20,000 nt of DNA. Origin: an uncultured virus (IMG/VR IMGVR_UViG_3300044641_008909). Taxonomy: Duplodnaviria > Heunggongvirae > Uroviricota > Caudoviricetes. The position numbers and the translations under genes are program-made. The DNA lies in the IMG/VR virus record IMGVR_UViG_3300044641_008909. One strand, written 5' to 3'. This document shows positions 6,588 to 15,757 of the stretch, piece after piece. Position 1 is the first letter of the stretch; each line of letters opens with the position of its first letter. The notes under the pieces were generated by a model, which had not been told where the DNA came from, searched no databases, and saw only the letters and a program-made list of their open reading frames with translations.

Positions 6588-7591
6588 GATTCTAACATTC
6601 CTCTCCAAGTATTAATGTAACATTCCCTTATATTTTTCCAATTGTATTTTTTAACATAAGACATTAATTCTTCTCTATAATCCCATGTATTGTTCTTATA
6701 CCAATCAATCGCTTTAGCAATACAGTTGGGATCTTTCTTCAATACTAGTTTACAATTATTATTCAAACAATCAGCAGCACCAACTCCGTATGAAGCAATA
6801 ACTGGTCTTCCAAATGTCATGGCTTCAAGAATCTCAATTCCAAAACCTTCCGTAACACTCGGTTGGACATAAACATTAATTGATTTAAAAAATTCATCTA
6901 ATGTTTTCACATAACCTAAAATATTATAATTAGCTCTACCACCAAATTGACGAATCATATGAATCAAATATGGCGATTGCTGTCCTGCAAATGTTAATAC
7001 TGCATCCTTATAATTCAATTTTGCCCAAGCCTCAATTAAATATTTAACTCCTTTATCTGGTCCAATTTGACCCAAGTACCCTACTGAAAAGGTTTTAGGA
7101 TAAGGATAGTTAACCCCTTCATAGCATCCGTGAGGTATTACAGTTGTGTTTTTGCAGCCAAATTCTTGCATTACTTTATTGCTATGTTTGCTTGGACAAA
7201 TAACAAGATCAGCATCAATATAACTTGATATATATTGATTCCATAGTACGGGATTGCTAATGTGTGGAAAGTCATAAGGAATGCCAAGGATTTTAAATTC
7301 CTCTTGGCTTGCTTTAATATCGTGGGCTGCTGCCGTATAAGAAATCTTGATACCTTTTTCTTTCAATTTTTTAGTTAATTTAGGAAATGTTCCAGCATAA
7401 AAGTGTGCTAGTTTGTATTTTTCTAAATTGGGAATATCAATTACATTTTCTGCTTCAAACGGATCTTGAGTTGGTTGAGGATTAACTACATCAATTGGAC
7501 CCAAATTGCTAAGTGCTTCCAATTCATTTTTGGTAACTGTGCCACCACCAGTTCCATTGCCAATTCTATCACAAGTGATGTAAAGAAACAT
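6584..7591 (-). CDS. GT4-family (GT-B) glycosyltransferase
   Basis: GYLGQIGPDKG and YVQPSVTEGFGIEILEAMTFGRPVI (E-x7-E motif). Confidence 0.92.
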   Translation of the reverse strand: MFLYITCDRIGNGTGGGTVTKNELEALSNLGPIDVVNPQPTQDPFEAENVIDIPNLEKYKLAHFYAGTFPKLTKKLKEKGIKISYTAAAHDIKASQEEFKILGIPYDFPHISNPVLWNQYISSYIDADLVICPSKHSNKVMQEFGCKNTTVIPHGCYEGVNYPYPKTFSVGYLGQIGPDKGVKYLIEAWAKLNYKDAVLTFAGQQSPYLIHMIRQFGGRANYNILGYVKTLDEFFKSINVYVQPSVTEGFGIEILEAMTFGRPVIASYGVGAADCLNNNCKLVLKKDPNCIAKAIDWYKNNTWDYREELMSYVKKYNWKNIRECYINTWRGMLES

Positions 7592-7651
7592 TTAATAATT
7601 TCCTTTTAAGTAAAGTTTGTCTGACTATCCGCAAATGCTAGTAAAGAAAAT

Positions 7652-8710
7652 TTACCAACCACCTGTATCAATCGCCTCATAACACAATTCTTCATACCTA
7701 TTAACCATATTTTCATAAGAAAATTGTCTTGCCCACTCAATACAGTTTTCTGACTTAATATCATTAACAGCATCAGACCTAATCAAATTTTCCATCTCAT
7801 CCTGAGTCCTAACCAAGAATCCAGTCTCACCATGCTTAACTGTTTCACGCATTGCACCATTATCCCATGCAATAACTGGCATTCCACACAACTGCGCCTC
7901 AACAGGAGCTAATCCAAATGGTTCCCTGTAGTGCAAATTGGGGTGCAGAAGGGCTTTATTTGTATTAAACCAATCTACGCATTCATTCCTGTCTTGATGC
8001 CCTATATAACGCAAATTTGGAGAAATAATACATGCGTCTTTAATCTTACGCAACAAATCTGGTTCACCAGTGATACGATCATCTCCAACTAAATCCAAAC
8101 CAACTCCACATATGTTTGCAACACTACAAGCAATATGTGGACCTTTAATAGAACTGATTCTTGCTAAAAACAAATATCTGTTATTTCTGGCTTTATTACT
8201 TCTGGAATAAAAATCAACATCAACACCATTATAAGCAACTCTTGACCCGCACTTTAAATGTGTTGTGCATACTTCTGATTGATCTTTGCTGATACAAATA
8301 AAAGAAGGAAAAGGAACAGGAGGAGCAATGCTGTACATTGTTTCTACAGGAGCATGTAGGACACCTAAGATAGGTTGTGGAAGATGACCTTCCATCTTTA
8401 AGATATAACTCCATTTTTCCCAGCTATGGTCAATAATTACATCAAATTGTGTTAGTTTTTCCCAATAACCAGAATATGCTTGTCTTTCAGATTCACCTAA
8501 TGTGGTTTCATGTAAATTTGCGTTAGTTTTTGATCCTTTAGGAGCAACAAGTGTTACATCATGACCTTTAGCATGCAAACCTTCGGCGCATTGCCAAGAA
8601 ATCATCTCCAATCCAGCATATCCAGTTGGGGGACAAGGTAAAACTGTCGTTGATATTACACAGATCTTGAGTTTTTTGGTGCTGCTTGTTGGTAAATGTG
8701 TCATTTTCAT
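7652..8710 (-). CDS. GT4-family (GT-B) glycosyltransferase
   Basis: PPTGYAGLE...GHDVTLVA, YNGVD, FLARISSIKG, EPFGLAPVEAQLCGMPVIAWDNGAMRETVKHGETGFL. Confidence 0.93.
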   Translation of the reverse strand: MKMTHLPTSSTKKLKICVISTTVLPCPPTGYAGLEMISWQCAEGLHAKGHDVTLVAPKGSKTNANLHETTLGESERQAYSGYWEKLTQFDVIIDHSWEKWSYILKMEGHLPQPILGVLHAPVETMYSIAPPVPFPSFICISKDQSEVCTTHLKCGSRVAYNGVDVDFYSRSNKARNNRYLFLARISSIKGPHIACSVANICGVGLDLVGDDRITGEPDLLRKIKDACIISPNLRYIGHQDRNECVDWFNTNKALLHPNLHYREPFGLAPVEAQLCGMPVIAWDNGAMRETVKHGETGFLVRTQDEMENLIRSDAVNDIKSENCIEWARQFSYENMVNRYEELCYEAIDTGGW

Positions 8711-9378
8711 GGTTTGATCTCCAATGGTTTGAATCCTTCAATACTGCTGCTACCAAGTCCACAATGAACGCATTGTATGCTTGTATCAACGTGGATCTTA
8801 AAGCCATGATTTCGTGCATGTTTGCAGAAGGTGAAATCTTCGCTGGTCTTTTCTAAATGGGGAAGATCTGTCCTATCACAACGCCATTCAAACCAATGAC
8901 AGCGATTGCTTAATGGTGGCAAACTCTCCAGAACAGATCTGTGAATCAAAAGACATCCAGCCCCGACATAGTCAACTTCTACAAGACTGTTAGCCGGATA
9001 TTCAGTTATCCACTGTGGACCATTTTGCGAATCTAGAAGCATTACGGGTGCTAACGGAGCATAACGCCTGTAATAGACACCACTTACGATTGGTTTGTTG
9101 TGACTTACTAATTTTGCTATTACATCAGGAGGCGGAATTACATCATCGTCTAAAAAGAAAAGCCATTCCCAGCCGAGTTCTAAGAGTTTTAAACACCCTG
9201 TATTTCTGGCATGATCAAACGGCATTCCCTGAAGTGCGGTCCACGCTCCACTTGGCATGTATATATTTCTTAAGCCAAATGCCCATGCTACTGTGCATGT
9301 TTCTCTTGTTAATATGCAGCCCAGAACTCTATTTTGATTGACTGGTGCTGTGTTGATTTGTTCCCATGATGCTGGCAT
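8707..9378 (-). CDS. GT-A fold (GT2-like) glycosyltransferase
   Basis: ARN...FFLDDDV (DxD), VSGVY, VGAGCLLIHR, SEDFTFC, H-x-G. Probable start MPASW at 9378 (ORF track 9414); stop overlaps the next ATG (ATGA). Confidence 0.85.
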   Translation of the reverse strand: MPASWEQINTAPVNQNRVLGCILTRETCTVAWAFGLRNIYMPSGAWTALQGMPFDHARNTGCLKLLELGWEWLFFLDDDVIPPPDVIAKLVSHNKPIVSGVYYRRYAPLAPVMLLDSQNGPQWITEYPANSLVEVDYVGAGCLLIHRSVLESLPPLSNRCHWFEWRCDRTDLPHLEKTSEDFTFCKHARNHGFKIHVDTSIQCVHCGLGSSSIEGFKPLEIKP

Positions 9379-9441
9379 AAAATTAATATAGAACAATTTA
9401 ATTATAAATTTCATCTCTCTTTTAAAACATAGGAGAAAAAC

Positions 9442-10611
9442 ATGAGCGAACTTATTCCGATTGATGAACGAGTTAATAAAGCAATTGATTTAGTAAAGGA
9501 AATGGAATCAGCTTTCCTTGAAATTCAAATGCCAAGAACAGAATTTGTTCTAAATAAGTTTGTAGTTGGTCAACATGACCACGATACCCTAGCATATTCT
9601 CAATGCGTTTTGGAGCTTCAAATCAAATATGATAATTTAAGGAGAGCAAAACTAGGAAGAAGAAAGATTGAAATTCAGATTAAGGAACTTGAAGACAAGG
9701 GAACTGAGATTGATCAGATTGACGCAGATCTAAAACGAATTGACCTAGAAGAGCAAGATCGTGCAGTATTGGGCGCTTTAAGAGAGTTTGAATCTCTTTA
9801 TAAGATTTGGCAAAGTTTCCCCAAGAAGTATACACGACAAGAAATTGATGCTGCTCAACCTGATTATTGGAAGCTTCGTCTAGAAAGACAAGCACAACAA
9901 GATCTTCAGGCGACTGGTAGAATTGGTGTTGGCAACAGTGAAGCACTACGCCAGATCAATCTTACTGGTACACCTAAGTTGGATCATATTCGAGAGGTCG
10001 AAAAAAAATATTTGGAAGTCGGTGATGTTAAAGTTTTAATTGTTGTTCCGACAAGGGAAAAGGCAGAGACTTTGCCTGTATTAGAGAAGTTAGCTATTCC
10101 TTCTGGTGTTCAGATTAAGTATCTTAACGTGTTTGGCAGATCGACAGCCGATGCATATAATGATGCTATTCAGACTGCTTTGGATGATGGTGCAGACTTC
10201 CTTCTTACTGTAGAAGATGATACTTTTCCTCCTGATGATGGATTCTTTAAGTTGTTGCAAAGATACAGGGAAATTGGCGATCCGAAGGTAGTTTTGGGCG
10301 GATATTATGTGAAAAAGCAAGAAAACAGGGAAGGTGTTCATATACAAATCGTCGGGGGAAAGAGACAATCCCTGACGTTATGTAACAAAGATGTTGGTGT
10401 ATATGAAGTTTACACGATTGCTCAAGGATTTACTCTTTTCCCTATGGAATGTTTTTTACAGACCGAGTATCCTTGGACTGTAACAACGGCTCATCTTACA
10501 CAAGATAGTTTCTTATCGCAAAAGCTTCGTGACAAGGGATTCAAGTTGTTGGTCGATGGTAATGTCAGGTGTCGTCATTTGGATGTGACTAGTGGAAAGT
10601 ATTATGAATGA
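9442..10611 (+). CDS. Fusion of an N-terminal coiled-coil phage domain and a C-terminal GT-A-like glycosyltransferase domain
   Basis: aa ~1-175 helical (FVVGQH...QCVLEL...YWKLRLERQAQQDLQATGRIGVGN); aa ~195-389 VLIVVPTR...AYN...LLTVEDD...GFTL...QDSFLS...CRHLD. SD AGGAG. Confidence 0.75.
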   Translation: MSELIPIDERVNKAIDLVKEMESAFLEIQMPRTEFVLNKFVVGQHDHDTLAYSQCVLELQIKYDNLRRAKLGRRKIEIQIKELEDKGTEIDQIDADLKRIDLEEQDRAVLGALREFESLYKIWQSFPKKYTRQEIDAAQPDYWKLRLERQAQQDLQATGRIGVGNSEALRQINLTGTPKLDHIREVEKKYLEVGDVKVLIVVPTREKAETLPVLEKLAIPSGVQIKYLNVFGRSTADAYNDAIQTALDDGADFLLTVEDDTFPPDDGFFKLLQRYREIGDPKVVLGGYYVKKQENREGVHIQIVGGKRQSLTLCNKDVGVYEVYTIAQGFTLFPMECFLQTEYPWTVTTAHLTQDSFLSQKLRDKGFKLLVDGNVRCRHLDVTSGKYYE

Positions 10612-10635
10612 AATTAAGTGTATTTTTGATAATTT

Positions 10636-13600
10636 TTAGATGTTATAAGGTAAGTTGCCTTGAAATCCTGATCTATTAATTCTTGGTGAAGGCATAACGA
10701 ATATTCCTCCGCTTATTGCAATACCAATTTGTTGTTGCATATTACCTGATAGGAATGCAGCCCCAGAAGATGTTCCAAGCATTCCGCTTAGATTGACTAT
10801 ATTGCCACCTGAGCCTACATATAATGGTAGTCCTTGGAATCCAGAAATTCCGTTATTTAAACCAGAGTTTTGGGCAAGTGTTCCAGTTCTTCCAACTCCT
10901 CCTAAATAAAACACTCTTCCTGTTGATCCGCTATTAACATTTCCGCTTGTCACACCAATTGCTGGCAATCTTAGTCCACTTGCTCTTTGTGCCCTTGATA
11001 TTCTGCCTCCAGAAGTAATGCATACTGCTTTGATACCTGAACACTGTTCTTGGAAAATAAACGAATCAGACAAAGGAAAATTTGTATTTAATCCTGCTGT
11101 TTGGGCGAAGTCAACGGCAGGATCAATTGAACCAGAACCAACCATGCTGCTTGTGACAATGAAGTTAGAAGAAAAATGTCCTGAATTGATTTGGCGATCA
11201 CCAATATTTCCTGATCTTATTGGATCACCAAGCAGATCTACTAGTCTTAAAAGACCGCTTGAGAAGTTACCAGAGAGTAATGTTTCACGGGCAAAATGTG
11301 ATGGACCAATTTCTCCAGATGGAATGTGTCCACTATTGACTGCTGCTCTTCTTGTTGCGCTAAACCATCTTGTAAATGGTGTATATCCTCCGATAACGCT
11401 GAATATTGAGTTTGAATTAATATTACCGCTTACAACTGAATTGTCTGCAAAGCTAGCAGCTATTATTCTATTAGCTGCTGTTGTTGTTAGTTTTCCTGAT
11501 GTGACAATTTCATTGTAACTAAATATTGGTGAACTTCCCCCATCAACACCAGCTAAATAAGCTCTTGCTTGACTTAAATTAGCAGTTGTTTGTGCAGTAG
11601 TTGTATCTGTCGAATACGTTAATTTATCTGCTGTTGAAACATAGACAGTGTTACCATTCCCGCCAGCAAAATAACCTTTTGTAGATAGTTCCGAAATCCC
11701 AGCTGGACTATATCTTGCTTGGCTTAGATTTGCAGTAGTTTGAGCAGAAGTTGTATCCGTTGAATATGTTAATTTATCTGCTGTTGCAGCATCTACTCCA
11801 GCACCAGTTAATCCACCAGCGAAATAGCCTTTTGTTGAATCACCAGAACAACCAGCTAAACGCCCTTTCGATTGACTTAGATTTGCTGTTGTTTGAGTGG
11901 CAGTTGTATCACTTGAATATGTCAACTTGTCTGCTGTTGCAACATAATTTCCAGTATTTCCTCCAGCGAAATAACCTTTTGTTGAATCGCCAGAACAACC
12001 AGCTAAACCTTCTCTTGATTGACTTAAATTAGCAGTTGTTTGAGCAGCTGTTGTATCACCAGCGTATGTTATTTTATCTGTGGTTGCAACAATTGCACCA
12101 CTATCTCCACCAGCGAAATAACCTTTTGTAATTCTCTCTGAAACTCCAGCTAATTCATATCTTGCTTGGCTTAAATTTGCTGGTGATTGAGTAATAATTG
12201 TAGCTGTTGCATATATTAATCTATCTGTTGTTGTAAGCAAAGTGGCACTAGATCCTCCAGCGAAATAGCCTTTTGTTGAATCGCCAGAACAACCAGCCAA
12301 TCCATATCTTGCTTGGCTAAGATTGGCAGTTGTTTGAACGACCGTTATATCTGTTGAATATGTTAATTTGTCTACTATTGAAAAAGAGCCAGCATTGAAT
12401 CCACCAGCAAAATATCCTGCATTTTCATAAGATTGAATGTATTGAAATGCGTTGTTATTAATTGAACCAATACCACCACCACCAGCATCAAAATAACCAG
12501 CGATAATACCGCCTGAAACAAGTTGCGAATAAGGAACAGCCCATAATCCACTTGTTAAACTATTTCTATCGACACATCCGAAGTTAAAACTTCCTGAAGA
12601 TAGTGCTGCATCTCCAAAGTGTCCACTATTAATAAATCCTGAGCTTGTATGGAATCTAAATATTTGACCGCTGGCAATAGCTCCGCTTCCAACTCCTTGA
12701 TTACTTATTTTTGTATTACCTATAATTCCGCTTCTGATACCGCCGCTTAGAATTGAATTAAAGGTTAAATTAGTAGTCAAAATTGAAGCTGCAAATATTA
12801 GACTAGCTCCTGCTGCAATTGAGGCGGGTTCTAAATTAAAAACTGACTGACTGCCTAATCTGCTACTGGCATTTACTGCTCCAGATGCAATGTTAAAACT
12901 ATTTATTTCTCCACTTGCAATGTGTGGAGAGCCAATTTTTCCACCAGAGTTAACGGCAGAACTTGCAAGAATTTGACCACTTCCAACAGATTCATTGCCA
13001 AAACTACTGCTAATAAGAAGACCAGAGCTTAGAGAAAATACTGGTATTTGTCCTGAAGCTATTGCTCCGCTATAAATTGATTGATTAGAAAGTTTGAATC
13101 TTGATATTATACCACTTCCGATTAGACCGCTGCTAACAGATTGATCAGATAAATGAAATGTTGAAATTTGACCAGAAGAAATATTTCCACTAGTTACAGC
13201 AGTATCACCAAAAACTCCACTATTTAAGATGGGATTTAGAAAACTATTTCCTCCTTGCCCAACTCCAGCCAAAAAATTTCTTGCTTGACTTAAATTTGCA
13301 GTATTTTGTGCGGCAGTTGTATCAGTTGCAAATGTTAATTTGTCTGCTGTTGTAACAAATGATCCAGTAGTTCCGCCAGCAAAATAACCTTTTGTTATTC
13401 TTTCTGAAGCACCAGCTAAACCATATATTGCTTGACTTAGATCTGCTGTTGTTTGTGCAACAGTTGTATCTGTTGAATATGTCAATTTGTCTGCTGTTGC
13501 TACAGCTGCACCTGTAGATCCACCAGCAAAATAACTTTTTGTTGATTCTTCAGAAACTCCTGCTAAGTATCCTCTTGCTTGACTTAGATTTGCGCTTGTT

Positions 13601-15744
13601 TGAGCAGTAGTTGTATCTGTTGAATACGTTAACTTATCTGCTGTTGCTACTACTGTATCAAGATCCTGATCTACGACACCACCGGCGAAATAACCTTTTG
13701 TTGACGTTCCATCAACACTAGCCGTATATCTTGCTTGACTTAAATTAGCACTTGTTTGAGCAGTAGTTGTGTCTGTTGAATATGTTAATTTATCTGCTGT
13801 TGAAACAACTGCACCTGTATATCCACCAGCGAAATAACCTTTTGTTGTTCCTTCAGAAACTCCTGCCGAAAAATATCTTGCTTGACTTAAATTTGCAGTA
13901 GTCTGGGCAACAGTTCCATCACTTGAATACGTTAATTTGTCTGCTGTTGCGACAAGAACAGCAATTCCAGTATATCCACCAGCAAAATAACCTTTTGTTG
14001 AATCTCCAGAACAACCTGCCAATCGACTTCTTGCTTGGCTTAGATTTGCGCTTGATTGAGCAGTAGTTGTATCAGTTGAATATACCAATTTATCTGTTGT
14101 TGCGGCAACTGTTGTCAGGTCAAAACCAGTATTTCCACCAGCAAAATAACCCTTTGTTAGTCCGAATATCGACGTAACAGGATTAGTTGCATTATTTGTT
14201 GCTCCAGAGGAAAAATGAAATTGTCCAATTTGACCAGAAGATATATTGCCACTAGTTATAGCATTATTGCCAATGTTTCCAGATTGAACTTGTCCAGAAG
14301 AAAGAACAATTGCTCCAGAACTAAGGTGAAATCTTCCAACCTGCCCAGACGCAATATTTCCACTAGATACAGCATTATCACCAATATTGCCAGATTTAAC
14401 TTGTCCAGAAGATAACGTAATTATAATGTGAAACTGTCCAACTTGTCCACTTGCAACATTTCCAGAAAAAATGCAATTGTTTCCAAATACTGTTGTATAT
14501 TCTTGACTTGCACCAGCCAGCCCGTTTCTTGCTTGGCTTAGATTTGCGCTTGTTTGAGCAACAGTTGTGTCTGTTGAATATGTTAGTTTATCTGCTGTAA
14601 CAACATATGCACCTGAAAATCCACCAGCAAAGTAACCTTTTGTTAATCCTTCTGAAACACCAGCTAAACCTGTCCTTGCTTGGCTTAAGTTTGCACTTGT
14701 TTGAGCAGCTGTTGTATCTGTTGAATATGTCAGCGAATAAGTCAATAGTATTCTAACTGGAGAAGCACCGCTTCCTGTTTGACCTCCTGCAAAATATCCT
14801 TTTTTTGTATTATCTGAAACAGAAGATAAAGATGATGTCGCCTGTATTAAATTGGCACTTGTTTGAGCAGCAGTAGTATCACTTGAATAAGTGATTTTAT
14901 CCGTAGTCGATACAAAAGTAAGAGCACTTGTAGCTCCTCCAGCAAAATAACCTTTATTCCTTTCTCCAGAACATCCTGTTAAAATTTGTCTTGCTTGGCT
15001 TAAATTAGCACTTGTTTGAGCAATAGTTATATCATTTGAATATGTGATTTTATCTGTTGTTGTAGAATAATTATCTGAAAATCCACCAGCAAAATAACCT
15101 TTTATTGACCCCTGAGTGACACCGCACAAATTATCTCTGGAAGAACTTAAATTTGCAGAAGTAATAGCGTTGGTAGTTTCTGCAAGATATGTCAATTTGT
15201 TTGTTATTGTGAGATTACCTCCAGCAAAATAACCTTTCGTCCCTTCTCCAGAACAGCCAGCCAATCCTTGACTTACTTCTTTGAGATTTGCAGTTGTTTG
15301 TGCGGCGGTTGTATCATTGATGTATGTGATTTTATCTGATGTTGCGACAGTAGCGCCTGAAAAGCCGCCAGCAAAAAATCCTTTTGAACCACCTGTTGCA
15401 TTATTTACCAAAATTCCAACATTATAATCATTTATTTGATATTGACCCACCTGACCAGAACCAATATTTCCACTATTTACAGCATTGTTACCAATATTTC
15501 CAGAAATAACAGAACCAGAAGCAAGAGATAATCCACCACCACCTACACCACTAGCCAAATGAAAAGATCCAATACTACCACTAGCAATATTTCCACTGAA
15601 GACAACAGGAGTACTTAATTGCCCACTTGTTACGTTTCCAGAAGATCCGACTGAAGCCCAATAAACATTATTCCAAATCCAACTTTTGGATAAGTAGTCA
15701 TATCTTTGACCTGAAGATGGTGAGCTTGGAAAATCAATTGGCAT
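10636..15744 (-). CDS. 1702-aa fibre/adhesin-like virion protein: SG-repeat shaft with three Kelch-like 6-blade modules
   Basis: N-terminal MPIDFPSSPSSGQ...WIWN..YW motif, SG-x-I-x-SG repeats, 18 GYFAGG-type repeats, C-terminal domain shared with the 708-aa neighbour. Confidence 0.75.
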   Translation of the reverse strand: MPIDFPSSPSSGQRYDYLSKSWIWNNVYWASVGSSGNVTSGQLSTPVVFSGNIASGSIGSFHLASGVGGGGLSLASGSVISGNIGNNAVNSGNIGSGQVGQYQINDYNVGILVNNATGGSKGFFAGGFSGATVATSDKITYINDTTAAQTTANLKEVSQGLAGCSGEGTKGYFAGGNLTITNKLTYLAETTNAITSANLSSSRDNLCGVTQGSIKGYFAGGFSDNYSTTTDKITYSNDITIAQTSANLSQARQILTGCSGERNKGYFAGGATSALTFVSTTDKITYSSDTTAAQTSANLIQATSSLSSVSDNTKKGYFAGGQTGSGASPVRILLTYSLTYSTDTTAAQTSANLSQARTGLAGVSEGLTKGYFAGGFSGAYVVTADKLTYSTDTTVAQTSANLSQARNGLAGASQEYTTVFGNNCIFSGNVASGQVGQFHIIITLSSGQVKSGNIGDNAVSSGNIASGQVGRFHLSSGAIVLSSGQVQSGNIGNNAITSGNISSGQIGQFHFSSGATNNATNPVTSIFGLTKGYFAGGNTGFDLTTVAATTDKLVYSTDTTTAQSSANLSQARSRLAGCSGDSTKGYFAGGYTGIAVLVATADKLTYSSDGTVAQTTANLSQARYFSAGVSEGTTKGYFAGGYTGAVVSTADKLTYSTDTTTAQTSANLSQARYTASVDGTSTKGYFAGGVVDQDLDTVVATADKLTYSTDTTTAQTSANLSQARGYLAGVSEESTKSYFAGGSTGAAVATADKLTYSTDTTVAQTTADLSQAIYGLAGASERITKGYFAGGTTGSFVTTADKLTFATDTTAAQNTANLSQARNFLAGVGQGGNSFLNPILNSGVFGDTAVTSGNISSGQISTFHLSDQSVSSGLIGSGIISRFKLSNQSIYSGAIASGQIPVFSLSSGLLISSSFGNESVGSGQILASSAVNSGGKIGSPHIASGEINSFNIASGAVNASSRLGSQSVFNLEPASIAAGASLIFAASILTTNLTFNSILSGGIRSGIIGNTKISNQGVGSGAIASGQIFRFHTSSGFINSGHFGDAALSSGSFNFGCVDRNSLTSGLWAVPYSQLVSGGIIAGYFDAGGGGIGSINNNAFQYIQSYENAGYFAGGFNAGSFSIVDKLTYSTDITVVQTTANLSQARYGLAGCSGDSTKGYFAGGSSATLLTTTDRLIYATATIITQSPANLSQARYELAGVSERITKGYFAGGDSGAIVATTDKITYAGDTTAAQTTANLSQSREGLAGCSGDSTKGYFAGGNTGNYVATADKLTYSSDTTATQTTANLSQSKGRLAGCSGDSTKGYFAGGLTGAGVDAATADKLTYSTDTTSAQTTANLSQARYSPAGISELSTKGYFAGGNGNTVYVSTADKLTYSTDTTTAQTTANLSQARAYLAGVDGGSSPIFSYNEIVTSGKLTTTAANRIIAASFADNSVVSGNINSNSIFSVIGGYTPFTRWFSATRRAAVNSGHIPSGEIGPSHFARETLLSGNFSSGLLRLVDLLGDPIRSGNIGDRQINSGHFSSNFIVTSSMVGSGSIDPAVDFAQTAGLNTNFPLSDSFIFQEQCSGIKAVCITSGGRISRAQRASGLRLPAIGVTSGNVNSGSTGRVFYLGGVGRTGTLAQNSGLNNGISGFQGLPLYVGSGGNIVNLSGMLGTSSGAAFLSGNMQQQIGIAISGGIFVMPSPRINRSGFQGNLPYNI
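11540..12425 (-). repeat. Kelch-like repeat block 3 (6 units of ~48 aa; boundaries approximate)
   Basis: Six GYFAGG...D[KR][LI]xY...ANLSQ units. Confidence 0.85.
13255..14160 (-). repeat. Kelch-like repeat block 2 (6 units; boundaries approximate)
   Basis: Six K[GS]YFAGG...DKLx[YF]...LSQA units. Confidence 0.85.
14500..15390 (-). repeat. Kelch-like repeat block 1 (6 units; boundaries approximate)
   Basis: Six KG[YF]FAGG...TY...ANL units. Confidence 0.85.
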
Positions 15745-15757
15745 AAATTAAACTCTT

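Noticed and set aside
4962..10611. Ordinary bacterial O-antigen or capsule locus
   Set aside because: No flippase, polymerase, ABC exporter or nucleotide-sugar synthesis genes, and the flanks are phage-like.
11540..15390. CRISPR array or DGR template/variable repeat in the ~145-bp repeats
   Set aside because: Repeats are in-frame, vary at synonymous sites and lack unique spacers. No reverse transcriptase or non-coding template is in the window and differences are not adenine-restricted. A distant DGR cannot be excluded.
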